From NCBI GenBank assembly GCA_900547765.1, contig URIA01000002.1, forward strand, positions 2,620 through 66,619: a stretch of DNA of 64,000 bases. The letters run 5' to 3'. A program made the position numbers and the translations under genes. The first letter of the stretch is position 1, and each line of letters begins with the position of its first letter. Origin of the DNA: an uncultured Collinsella sp. (GTDB taxonomy: Bacteria; Actinomycetota; Coriobacteriia; Coriobacteriales; Coriobacteriaceae). Under the pieces are notes generated by a model. The model ran no database searches. It was not told the origin of the DNA and saw nothing but the letters and a program-made list of their open reading frames with translations. Below, in pieces: positions 18,609 to 27,631 of the stretch.

Positions 18609-21377
18609 CTACAGCAGCTCGCCGTGGCGGGCGATGTAGCGGCGCTTTGCCAGTTGAGTGAGCGCGATGTAGGCGGCAACGATGCCGATGAGCAGTGCGA
18701 AAAAGCTTGCGGGTAGCGTCATGAGGCCCAGCGCGTCGGCGATGGGGCTTGCCGGCAGCCAGGTGACAAGCGCCAGCCCCAGCACGGTGAGCGTGCACAG
18801 GGCGGGCACGGCGTGGTCACGCGGGCTCGGCAGGCGCGGGGAGCGCAGCATGTGGATCACGAGCGTCTGCGACCACATGGACTCGACAAACCAGCCGCTC
18901 TGGAAGAGCGCCGCAAAGGCCGCCATGCCCGCGGCGTCGCTCGCTGCGGCAAGCTCGGACCAGCTCGCGCCTACGGCGGCGGGGCACACCACAAAGTAGA
19001 GCGCGGCGAAGGTCACGATATCAAACAGCGAGCTCACGGGGCCCAGCTCGAGCATAAAGCCCTTGATGGATGCGGCGTCCCAGGCACGCGGGCGGGCAGT
19101 CCAGGCGTCATCGACGGTGTCCCACGGCAGTGCGATGCACACGATCTCGTAGACCAGCGACAGCAGTACCAGCTGCAGGGCGCTCATGGGCAAAAACGGC
19201 AAGAACAGGCTCGCGACGGTCACGGACAGCACATTGCCAAAGTTGGAGCTCACCGTGGTCTTGAGGTACTTGAGCAGGTTGCCGTAAGTGCGGCGGCCTT
19301 CGATGATGCCGCGCTCGAGCACGCCCAGGTCCTTCTGAAGCAAGATGATATCGGCGGATTCCTTGGCAATATCGACGGCCGAATCGACCGAGATGCCGCA
19401 ATCGCTCGCACGCATGGCGGCGGCGTCGTTGATGCCGTCGCCCATAAAGCCCACGGTGTGGCCGAGCATCTCGCGCATGACACGTACCAGGCGCGCCTTC
19501 TGCAGCGGCGAGAGCTTGGCGAAGAGGTGGGTTTTCTCGGCGCGCTTGGCAAGTTCGGCGTCATCGAGCGCATCGATCTCGGAGCCGAGCAAGACGTTGC
19601 TCGCATCGATACCAATCTGCTCGCAGACGGTGGCGGCGACGCGGTCGTTGTCGCCGGTTAGGACCTTGACCGCCACGCCCTTGGCCTCGAGGGTGGCGAC
19701 GGCGCCCGCGGCACTTGCTTTGGGCGGATCGAGGAAGGCCAAAAAGCCCATCAGCACCATGTCGCACTCGTCGGCGATGCCAAACTCGCCCACGCAGCGC
19801 GGATTGGTCTTCTGCGCCACGGCAATTACGCGTAGGCCCTCGGCGTTAAGTTCGGCGATCTGCTTGCGAATCTGGGCGAGCTTCTCGTCGGTGAGCGGCT
19901 GAGCGATGCCATCGATCTCGACAAAGGAGCAGATCTCGAGCATTTCCTCGGCAGCGCCCTTGGTAACCATCTGGGTTTTGCCTTGGGCGTCGGCGACAAC
20001 TACGCTCAGGCGACGGCGCGAGAAATCGAAGGGAACCTCGTCGACCTTGGTGTAGCGGTCGCGCAGGCTCTGGCCCAGCATGGAATCGGGTGCGACGGTC
20101 GAGGGCGTCACATCGGCACGGTCGATTACGGCCAGGTCGATAAGATTTTTGAGGCCGGTCTGGAAGAAGCTGTTCAAAAACGCATGGCGCAGCACGCGCG
20201 CGTCCTCGTTGCCATCGGTGTTGAGGTAGCGCTCGAGCACGATGCGGTCTTCGGTGAGGGTGCCGGTCTTGTCGCAGCACAGGACGTCCATCGCTCCAAG
20301 GTTTTGAATCGCCGGCAGCTCCTTGACGATAACCTGGCGACGGGCGAGGTCCTTGGCGCCCTGCGACAGGCTCGTGGTCACGATGACGGGAAGCATCTGC
20401 GGCGTGATGCCCACGGCCACGCTCGTGGCGAACAGCAGCGCGTCGATGACGTTGCCCTTGGTGGCGGCGTTGATGGCAAAGACGGCCGGCGCCATAACGA
20501 GCATCAGGCGCACCAGCAGCATGGAGACGCTCGAGACGCCGCGGTCAAACGCGCTTTTTTCGCCGCGCCCGTTGAGCATCTTGGCGATGCCGCCCAGGTA
20601 GGTGTCCGAGCCGGTGGCAACGACAAGCGCCATGGCGGCGCCGTTTTGCACGGAGGTGCCGGTAAAGACGATGTTCTTGCAGGCAGAGAGTGGCAGTGCG
20701 GAGCCGTCGGTGCCCTCGACGACGGTGACGGCGGTGGTCTTCTCGACGGCCTCGCTCTCGCCGGTGAGTGCGGACTCGATCACAAACAGGTCGCGCGCGG
20801 TGATGATGCGGGCGTCTGCTGGCACCATATCGCCGGCAGAGAGGCGGATTACATCGCCGGGGACGAGCTCGTCGAAGGGGATCTCGATGCGCCCGCCGTC
20901 GCGCAGGGCGGTGCAAGTGTTGGAGACCAGGTCCTTAAGGGCCTCGGCCGCATTGCCGCTGCGGGCTTCCTGGATAAACTTCATACCGCCCGATACCAGC
21001 AGCATGATGCCGATGACGATGACCGTGGAGGGGTCGCGCTGCGGCTCGGGTACGGCGAGCACGTCGATGTAGAGCGAGACCAGCGCGAGCGCGGCGAGGA
21101 TGCCGGCGAAGGGATCGATGAACGCGTCGGCGATGCGGCGGGCGAGCGTTTTGGTCGTTGCCTCGATGGTGTTGGGGCCGACGGCGTTCAGGCGCTCAGT
21201 TGCCTGCTCGACGGTGAGGCCGTTTGCCGTGGCGTCAAGCAGTACGAGGGCGTCCTCGGCACTATGGGTGGCGGCGAATATGGTGTTCTTGGATAGGCCG
21301 GTATGAGCGGCAGGGCGCGCCGTGCGGCGGCGCTTGGAGATGGCTTCGAGTACCGTGACGGTTTTGAGCATCAGCAT
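18609..21377 (-). CDS. mgtA: Magnesium-translocating P-type ATPase
   Basis: P-type ATPase motifs DKTGTLT, TGDN and GDGINDA; about 920 aa; MgtA-type N-terminus. RBS AAGGAGG. Confidence 0.85.
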   Translation of the reverse strand: MLMLKTVTVLEAISKRRRTARPAAHTGLSKNTIFAATHSAEDALVLLDATANGLTVEQATERLNAVGPNTIEATTKTLARRIADAFIDPFAGILAALALVSLYIDVLAVPEPQRDPSTVIVIGIMLLVSGGMKFIQEARSGNAAEALKDLVSNTCTALRDGGRIEIPFDELVPGDVIRLSAGDMVPADARIITARDLFVIESALTGESEAVEKTTAVTVVEGTDGSALPLSACKNIVFTGTSVQNGAAMALVVATGSDTYLGGIAKMLNGRGEKSAFDRGVSSVSMLLVRLMLVMAPAVFAINAATKGNVIDALLFATSVAVGITPQMLPVIVTTSLSQGAKDLARRQVIVKELPAIQNLGAMDVLCCDKTGTLTEDRIVLERYLNTDGNEDARVLRHAFLNSFFQTGLKNLIDLAVIDRADVTPSTVAPDSMLGQSLRDRYTKVDEVPFDFSRRRLSVVVADAQGKTQMVTKGAAEEMLEICSFVEIDGIAQPLTDEKLAQIRKQIAELNAEGLRVIAVAQKTNPRCVGEFGIADECDMVLMGFLAFLDPPKASAAGAVATLEAKGVAVKVLTGDNDRVAATVCEQIGIDASNVLLGSEIDALDDAELAKRAEKTHLFAKLSPLQKARLVRVMREMLGHTVGFMGDGINDAAAMRASDCGISVDSAVDIAKESADIILLQKDLGVLERGIIEGRRTYGNLLKYLKTTVSSNFGNVLSVTVASLFLPFLPMSALQLVLLSLVYEIVCIALPWDTVDDAWTARPRAWDAASIKGFMLELGPVSSLFDIVTFAALYFVVCPAAVGASWSELAAASDAAGMAAFAALFQSGWFVESMWSQTLVIHMLRSPRLPSPRDHAVPALCTLTVLGLALVTWLPASPIADALGLMTLPASFFALLIGIVAAYIALTQLAKRRYIARHGELL

Positions 21378-21389
21378 AGGGTCCTCCTT

Positions 21390-21600
21390 GTTGAGGGGAG
21401 TTAGCGTACGTGTCGTATTTGCTTCAAAAAACCTAGATGTCGCTCACGTCAAGCTCTTGAGCCCACAAAGGGTGCAGCGCGCCTTTGTGGTGGTTTTGGC
21501 GATCTGCCGGTGGCGTTTATGCGTGTGCGGAGTCCTCGCGGCGTGCCGAGGGCGACATGCAGGTTTTTCGACTAGGACTGCCTTCCATGGCACACCTCCT
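21390..21600 (-). promoter_or_regulatory. Long structured mgtA leader; possible M-box (Mg2+) riboswitch
   Basis: ~220-nt 5' UTR. Contains UUAGGAGGUG…AUGGAAGGCAG…CGAAAAACCUG segments resembling M-box conserved strands, a REP-variant hairpin and a U6 run. Confidence 0.3.
21462..21493. repeat. REP-like hairpin, variant copy e (different loop)
   Basis: CCCACAAAGG-gtgcagcgcg-CCTTTGTGGTGG inside the mgtA leader. Confidence 0.7.
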
Positions 21601-21814
21601 AAAGGCTGAGCGCAGCGCGCTTTGGGTATCTCGTACCCCTTTTTAATCCGCCCGTATTCTTGATGAGGGGGTTTGACATGTCAACCCCATTGTTCGGAAA
21701 ACCATTTCCCCTGACAAAGCCTTTACAGAATGCCGTGGCCCCAAAGCGCGCCCGCATCGACGCTTCGCCTGCGCTAAACTGGAAGGCACGTACGCGATTA
21801 CGAGAGGAGCCCGC

Positions 21815-22498
21815 ATGGAGGCTTACAAGCAAGAGTTCATCAAGTTTATGGTCGAGTCCGACGTCCTTAAGTTCGGCAGCTTTACGCTCAAGAGCGGCCG
21901 TCAGTCCCCGTTCTTTATGAACGCCGGCGCTTACGTGACGGGCTATCAGCTCAAGAAGCTGGGCGAGTATTACGCCCAGGCCATCCACGATAACTTTGGC
22001 GACGACTTTGACGTGCTGTTTGGACCGGCCTACAAGGGTATTCCGCTGGCCGTCGTGACCGCAATTGCCTACCACGAGCTGTACGGCAAGGAGGTCAAGT
22101 ACTGCTGCGACCGCAAGGAGGCCAAGGACCACGGTGCCGATAAGGGCAACCTGCTGGGTTATGAGCCCAAGGACGGCGACCGTGTGGTCATGGTCGAGGA
22201 CGTTACCACCAGCGGCAAGTCCATCGACGAGACTTATCCCAAGGTCAAGGCTGCTGCCGATGTCGAGATCAAGGGCCTGATCGTGTCCCTCAACCGCATG
22301 GAGGTCGGCAAGGGCGGTGTGACCACCGCGCAGAAGGAGATCGAGGCCAAGTACGGTTTCCCCGTCGCGAGCATCGTTTCCATGGCCGAGGTCGTCGAGA
22401 CCCTCTACAACCACGAGATCGACGGCAAGGTCGTTATCGATGACGAGCTCAAGACCGCTATCGACGCCTACTACGAGCAGTACGGAGCTCAGGAGTAG
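21815..22498 (+). CDS. pyrE: Orotate phosphoribosyltransferase
   Basis: Conserved N-terminus FGSFTLKSGRQSPFFMNAG… and PRPP-binding region VMVEDVTTSG. Confidence 0.9.
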   Translation: MEAYKQEFIKFMVESDVLKFGSFTLKSGRQSPFFMNAGAYVTGYQLKKLGEYYAQAIHDNFGDDFDVLFGPAYKGIPLAVVTAIAYHELYGKEVKYCCDRKEAKDHGADKGNLLGYEPKDGDRVVMVEDVTTSGKSIDETYPKVKAAADVEIKGLIVSLNRMEVGKGGVTTAQKEIEAKYGFPVASIVSMAEVVETLYNHEIDGKVVIDDELKTAIDAYYEQYGAQE

Positions 22499-22743
22499 GT
22501 AGTTACGCGGGTTTACCAACCCGCGTAACGGCTCGACGCTGCGCGGGCCGCATTTGGACAATCTGACGTTCAACTTCAAGGGCGCGACCAGAAGGTCAGC
22601 GCCCTTTCGTTTCACGTCACCTTGCCTCAAATGCGACCCGCTCGCTGACTTATGCTCAACCTATGGCGTCATCTCGCCCCAAAAGGGCCTCCTTCGCTCT
22701 GGCGGGTTTTCGCTGTCGGTACCAAAGCATCGGCGTTGTCGAA

Positions 22744-22774
22744 GTAGTCATTGGGGACGTTCTTAAATGACTAC
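22744..22774. repeat. Hairpin repeat with conserved loop GGGGACGTTCTTA, copy C (9-bp stem)
   Basis: GTAGTCATT-ggggacgttctta-AATGACTAC. Third family member, 9.7 kb from copies A and B. Confidence 0.8.
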
Positions 22775-22779
22775 ATAGT

Positions 22780-22847
22780 ATGAGAGTGGATAATCTCCTG
22801 GTTTGAGCCTGCATCTAAGTTCAAAGTGGGAGATTATCCACTCTCAT
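22780..22847. repeat. Perfect 19-bp inverted repeat (ATGAGAGTGGATAATCTCC … GGAGATTATCCACTCTCAT) with 30-nt spacer
   Basis: Read directly; lower-GC sequence in the convergent pyrE/pdxT intergenic region. Confidence 0.8.
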
Positions 22848-22887
22848 TTGTTGTGTGTCCGAAAATCCACGCTCGTTTCTACTCTGC

Positions 22888-23475
22888 CTACATTTGGAGG
22901 AAGAGCTCGTGGAGGCGGACGTCGTCGTCGAGTTCGGGGTGGAAGGTTACGCCGAGCTGGTTGCCCTGACGGGCGGCGACGATACGGCCGTCGACTTTCG
23001 CTAAGGCCTTGGCATTGCCGTGCACTTCGATGATGCGGGGTGCACGGATAAATGTTAATGGCACTTCACCGTCGATGCCGGACACCTGGCCCTTGGTGCG
23101 AAAACTGCCGAGCTGTCTGCCATAAGCGTTGCGCTCAACGAGTACGTTCATGGTTGCTAGGCGCGGCGTTCCCTTATCGTCGTGTGCGGCAAGATCGCGC
23201 GCCAATAGAATCAAGCCGGCGCAGGTGCCAAGGACGGGCATGCCTTCAACAATGTGGGTGCGAAGCTCCTCGAGCATGCCCAGCTCATCAAGCAGCTTCC
23301 CTTGAACGGTAGACTCGCCGCCGGGAAGTACCAGACGGTCAAAGTCCTGCTCCAAATCAGCCGCCTGCCTCAGCTCAATACAGCGCGCGCCCAGCTCGGA
23401 TAGTCTTGCCTCGTGCTCGGCAAATGCGCCTTGGACCGCCAGCACGGCGACCGTTTGGTCTGCATAATCGCTCAT
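22888..23475 (-). CDS. pdxT: Pyridoxal 5'-phosphate synthase glutaminase subunit
   Basis: Class I GATase: GTCAG catalytic Cys region, LPGGEST; about 195 aa. Immediately downstream of pdxS. Confidence 0.9.
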   Translation of the reverse strand: MSDYADQTVAVLAVQGAFAEHEARLSELGARCIELRQAADLEQDFDRLVLPGGESTVQGKLLDELGMLEELRTHIVEGMPVLGTCAGLILLARDLAAHDDKGTPRLATMNVLVERNAYGRQLGSFRTKGQVSGIDGEVPLTFIRAPRIIEVHGNAKALAKVDGRIVAARQGNQLGVTFHPELDDDVRLHELFLQM

Positions 23476-23495
23476 GTGCGATCCTTTCTGCCGGA

Positions 23496-24386
23496 CTAGC
23501 GTCCGCGCTCCTCCATGATGATTTCGATCTCGTCGGCGTTGATGCCCACCATGGCCTCGCCCAGGTCCTCCGAAAGCTCGGCGATGAGTTTGGCATCGGT
23601 GAAGTTTGCCACGGCCTTGACGATGGCGGCGGCGCGCTTGGCGGGGTCGCCGCTCTTAAAGATGCCCGAGCCGACAAAGACGCCTTCGGCGCCCAGCTGC
23701 ATCATCAGCGCGGCGTCGGCGGGGGTCGCTACGCCGCCGGCGGCAAAGTTCACGACGGGAAGCTTTCCCGTGGCATGGACCTCGCGCACCAGCTCGACCG
23801 GAACCTGCAGTTGCTTGGCTGCCTCAAAGAGCTCGTCGTCGCGCAGGGCAACAACGTCGCGGATCTGCTTTTGGATCTTGCGCATGTGACGCACGGCCTG
23901 AACGACGTCGCCCGTACCCGGCTCACCCTTGGTGCGAATCATAGTGGCGCCCTCGGCAACACGGCGCAGCGCCTCGCCCAGATCGCGGGCGCCGCAGACA
24001 AATGGCACGTCAAACTGGGTCTTGTCGATGTGATAGACGTCATCGGCAGGGGAGAGAACCTCGGACTCGTCGATGTAATCGATCTCGATAGCCTGCAGGA
24101 CCTGCGCCTCGACAATGTGACCGATGCGGCACTTGGCCATAACAGGGATGGAGACGGCCTCTTGGATGCCCTTGATCATCTTGGGGTCGCTCATGCGCGA
24201 GACGCCGCCTGCGGCACGGATGTCGGCCGGGATGCGCTCGAGTGCCATGACGGCGCAGGCGCCTGCCTCCTCGGCGATGCGTGCCTGCTCGGGCGTGGTG
24301 ACGTCCATGATGACGCCGCCCTTGAGCATCTGCGCGAGTTCGCGATTGAGTTTGACGCGATCGGCCTTGCTGGTCTGTTCTGCCAT
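23496..24386 (-). CDS. pdxS: Pyridoxal 5'-phosphate synthase lyase subunit
   Basis: Highly conserved PdxS sequence (GGVIMDV…EAGA.AVMALER…PVMAK.RIGH…). ATG 24386 with RBS AAGGGAG. Confidence 0.9.
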   Translation of the reverse strand: MAEQTSKADRVKLNRELAQMLKGGVIMDVTTPEQARIAEEAGACAVMALERIPADIRAAGGVSRMSDPKMIKGIQEAVSIPVMAKCRIGHIVEAQVLQAIEIDYIDESEVLSPADDVYHIDKTQFDVPFVCGARDLGEALRRVAEGATMIRTKGEPGTGDVVQAVRHMRKIQKQIRDVVALRDDELFEAAKQLQVPVELVREVHATGKLPVVNFAAGGVATPADAALMMQLGAEGVFVGSGIFKSGDPAKRAAAIVKAVANFTDAKLIAELSEDLGEAMVGINADEIEIIMEERGR

Positions 24387-24531
24387 GGTTGCTCCCTTGG
24401 TTGGCATGTGCATTGCTTGACGGAACATCCTATCGGGGAGCTGGGTATGGCAAAATACTCAGTTTTCGAGATAATAATAAGGTCAGCCTAATACCAGATT
24501 GAACAGCTCGATAAGGTCAGGTGGCAAACTC

Positions 24532-25971
24532 ATGCTTGACTACAATTTGGAAAAACGCGGCGAAGCATCGCTTTATGAGTATGTTTACCAGCAAATTCGA
24601 GATGATATTGTTGCTGGACGTATTGTGGCGGGGGAGCATCTTCCGTCTAAGCGCGCCTTTGCCAGTCATCTGGGAATCAGTGTCATTACCATCGAGAATG
24701 CATATAGCCAGTTACTTGCCGAGGGCTATATTTGCTCAATGCCGCGTCGTGGCTACTACGCTTGCAAGCTTCCGGATGCACCGGTTTTGCCTTTGGCTTC
24801 GCAGGGCATCGACCGAGATACCGTCTCTGTGGGCCTCAGCGCGCATGATGTCAACGGACAGGTCGAGCTGTTCGATGCACTTTCTCCTTCCGCTTTGGAG
24901 GCGGCGCGGCTTTGGCAAAGCGCACTACGGGCGACGCTGGCATCCGAAGATGAGCGCGAAATCTTTTCGCCCGCACCGGCGCAGGGCACCGCTCGGCTGC
25001 GACGCGCAATTGCTCACCATCTGCGTGGGACAAGGGGCATGAATGTCGACCCCAACAACATTGTTATCGGTGCAGGCGCCCAGCTGCTCGATACCATGTT
25101 GGTTCAGTTGCTTGGAGCCGACAAGGTGTATGCCGTTGAGGACCCGGGCTATTTGCGTCTGACGCGTATCTATCAGGCTATGGGCTGCCAAGTACGACAT
25201 ATCCCGTTGGATGATGAGGGCGTGGACTTGAGCACTCTGCAGAAAAGCGGGACCGATGTCCTTCACTTGATGCCGTCTCATCAGTATCCGACCGGCCTTG
25301 TGACGAGTATTGCGCGTCGCTATGCGCTACTGAGCTGGGCCGCCGAGCGACCAGGTCGGTATCTCATCGAAGATGACTTTGATTGTGAGTTTCGCCTTGC
25401 CGGCAAGCCGATTCCCGCGCTCGCGTCGATCGATGCCGCCCAGTCGGTTATCTACACCAACACGTTTTCGAAGAGCCTTTCATCGGCGTTGCGTTTGGCG
25501 TATATGGTGTTGCCCGATGAGCTAATGGAGCGGTTTAGGCGCAACCTTGGTTTCTACGCCTCGTCGGTGAGCTCTGTTGACCAGGTCGCTTTGGCGCGTT
25601 TGCTGGAATCGGGTGATTACGAGCGACATGTGAACCGCGTGCGCGTTCGTGCTCGCGAGGCGCGTGATGGCCTGACGTCGCTTGTGCGGAAAGCGTTTCC
25701 GGCAGGGGAGGTCTCGATCGAACATGCAGACGCGGGCCTTTACTGCACCGTGGTTGCGGAGCGCGGAGCGGGCGGAAGCTCTTTTGTGCGGGCCCTCACG
25801 CGCTCGAGTATCCCTTTTGTCGATATCAGTGACTGTTATTGGTGTGCCGATGGCGCATTTGTCCCTGAAAACTCAAGTCAAATTCTTGTTCAGTATGACG
25901 ATTTGAGTTCAAAAGCGCTAAATACCTTGGAATCGCAGCTAATGGGAGCACTCTGCAACCTAAGTGAGTAG
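24532..25971 (+). CDS. pdxR: MocR/GntR-family PLP-dependent transcriptional regulator (PdxR-like)
   Basis: N-terminal GntR HTH (LPSKRAFASHLGISVITIENAYSQL) plus aminotransferase-like domain. Divergent from pdxST. The last codons (…NLSE, TAG) are contributed by MITE copy 1. Confidence 0.8.
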   Translation: MLDYNLEKRGEASLYEYVYQQIRDDIVAGRIVAGEHLPSKRAFASHLGISVITIENAYSQLLAEGYICSMPRRGYYACKLPDAPVLPLASQGIDRDTVSVGLSAHDVNGQVELFDALSPSALEAARLWQSALRATLASEDEREIFSPAPAQGTARLRRAIAHHLRGTRGMNVDPNNIVIGAGAQLLDTMLVQLLGADKVYAVEDPGYLRLTRIYQAMGCQVRHIPLDDEGVDLSTLQKSGTDVLHLMPSHQYPTGLVTSIARRYALLSWAAERPGRYLIEDDFDCEFRLAGKPIPALASIDAAQSVIYTNTFSKSLSSALRLAYMVLPDELMERFRRNLGFYASSVSSVDQVALARLLESGDYERHVNRVRVRAREARDGLTSLVRKAFPAGEVSIEHADAGLYCTVVAERGAGGSSFVRALTRSSIPFVDISDCYWCADGAFVPENSSQILVQYDDLSSKALNTLESQLMGALCNLSE

Positions 25972-26081
25972 GCTTTTGGAACTTTGGCGACCAGGCAGTT
26001 TTGTAACAAGCTATCTACCTGCGGTTTTGAAAAGCAGGATGACCGGGCTGCTCGGGATGTTCAAAAAAGTCTACTCACTTG
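25960..26081. mobile_element. MITE-like element, copy 1 (~122 bp, 20-bp terminal inverted repeats CTAAGTGAGTAG(A/G)CTTTT…)
   Basis: Left end CTAAGTGAGTAGGCTTTTGG, right end CAAAAAAGTCTACTCACTTG; internal sequence homologous to copies 2 and 3. Confidence 0.8.
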
Positions 26082-26262
26082 TCGCGCAAAGCTTCTGCAT
26101 GAGAAAAAATGGGGTTTTCAACAGAACTTCGTCCAGCTCTCGGCAAGCTTTTGGCCAGTTGGGGAGGGCTGTTGAAAACTTGGCAGTCCGTTCGGCACCA
26201 TTTTTGGCGCGTTCGCGCCAATGCGTGACTGACTGGGTTGAAATTCGTGTTTTCCTGTGCCT

Positions 26263-27390
26263 ATGAAAGATCTACTTTGTGACATATCGGCTTTTAGGTA
26301 CTGGCGTTTGCCCCCTCAGGTCCGCGCTCTGTGTCCGCCGCTTCCACGACCGGAAGAAGGCCGGCAGCGATATGATCTCGCCCGCAACCCGACGGCTGCG
26401 GTCGCGCTCGGTTTTCCGTTGTATACATTGGTTCAGACAAGAAACAAACGGACTTGTCCTGCCAGCATTAGGCAGCGGCTGTTTCTTGGTGAGCTTCCCA
26501 GGGAATCCGTACTGGAAACGGAGCATGGGTTTTTGATTACGTCTCCTCTTCTGACGGTATTCATCATGTCGCGGCATCTGACGGATCTTCAGCTTCTTTT
26601 GGTATTGGCGGAGATGTGTGGCTTGTTTGCGGTGTGCGCTCTGCCTGCGGCACTTGGGGCGGAGCTTTCGCGTGCAATTGATTCGGGCGCGATCTCGACA
26701 ACGTTCGGTTGGGTGCGCTGCCCGTCCGAGGACGGCACCGCCTCAAATTTATGGCGTCGAGACGCTTTGGTTTTGGGCGGAGACCTTGACCGTTTTTGTT
26801 CAGATGTTTGCGGGATACGTTACGGCAATAGATTTAGGACGGTGTCGCAACTTGTTCCATTGGGTGCCGCGTCGCCTTTTGAGGTCGAGGCGTATTTGCT
26901 ACTTGCACTGCCGCGATCCCTGGGAGGCGTAGGCTTTTGCGACATAGAGCTTAATGTTGAAGTGATGCTAAGCACAAGTGCTCGAGCGATTGTGGGAAAG
27001 TCCCGTGTATATATCGACATACTTCTGTCTTCGCCGGACGGCAGGCGACAGGTGGCCATTGAATGTCAGGGAAAGGCCTCGCACGGACGCGCAGGGGATG
27101 GCTTGCGTGACGCTGACCGCATGACGGCCCTTCAGGCCATGGGCTACGATGTGCTTCTCCTGACACACAGACAGATATCGGATGAGGATAGATTCCGCGC
27201 GATCGTTAAGGCCGTATGCAGGATGCTCGATGCTGAATATCGTGATAAAAGCTCAGATGAGCAAAGGGCTGAGACATTACTCAGGTCTGAACTATTCGTT
27301 GACTGGACAAAATTGGGAGTAATCGACGGAAAGATGCCCGTTAGACACAAAATGGCTCGATCGTGGACGGCTGCGAATCTAAGTGAGTAG
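26263..27390 (+). CDS. Hypothetical protein with C-terminal restriction-endonuclease-fold (DUF559/Vsr-like) domain
   Basis: C-terminal …VAIECQGKASHGRAGDGLRDADRMTALQAMGYDVLLLTHRQI… resembles DUF559-type endonuclease domains. Noticeably lower GC than neighbors; bracketed by MITE copies 1 and 2; stop codon lies in the MITE terminal repeat. Confidence 0.5.
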   Translation: MKDLLCDISAFRYWRLPPQVRALCPPLPRPEEGRQRYDLARNPTAAVALGFPLYTLVQTRNKRTCPASIRQRLFLGELPRESVLETEHGFLITSPLLTVFIMSRHLTDLQLLLVLAEMCGLFAVCALPAALGAELSRAIDSGAISTTFGWVRCPSEDGTASNLWRRDALVLGGDLDRFCSDVCGIRYGNRFRTVSQLVPLGAASPFEVEAYLLLALPRSLGGVGFCDIELNVEVMLSTSARAIVGKSRVYIDILLSSPDGRRQVAIECQGKASHGRAGDGLRDADRMTALQAMGYDVLLLTHRQISDEDRFRAIVKAVCRMLDAEYRDKSSDEQRAETLLRSELFVDWTKLGVIDGKMPVRHKMARSWTAANLSE

Positions 27391-27501
27391 ACTTTTGGCA
27401 CTTTGGCGACTAGGTCGTTTTGCAACAAGGCATTTACCTGCGGCTTTATAAAGTGATATGGATGGTCTGCTCGGCAAGTTCCAAAAAGTCTACTCACTTA
27501 G
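27379..27501. mobile_element. MITE-like element, copy 2
   Basis: CTAAGTGAGTAGACTTTTGG … CCAAAAAGTCTACTCACTTAG; near-perfect 20-bp terminal inverted repeats. Confidence 0.85.
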
Positions 27502-27554
27502 TTTTTGACGAGAAGCCGATGCCGAAGGCGGTCCTATTTCAGGTAGTTAACAAG

Positions 27555-27600
27555 TTTGTGAGGCACGAAAAAGGCCCGAACCATGCGGTCCGGGCCTCAT
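27555..27600 (-). terminator. Rho-independent terminator after the rubrerythrin gene
   Basis: Minus-strand hairpin GGCCCGGACCGCATGGTTCGGGCC followed by TTTTTCG. Confidence 0.6.
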
Positions 27601-27631
27601 CGAGCTAGAGGTTATGTCTCAGGTTGCTGGC

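Noticed and set aside
24499-24531. Longer N-terminus for PdxR starting at TTG 24499
   Set aside because: No RBS, whereas ATG 24532 follows AGGTGG and yields an N-terminus aligned with GntR-type HTH starts.
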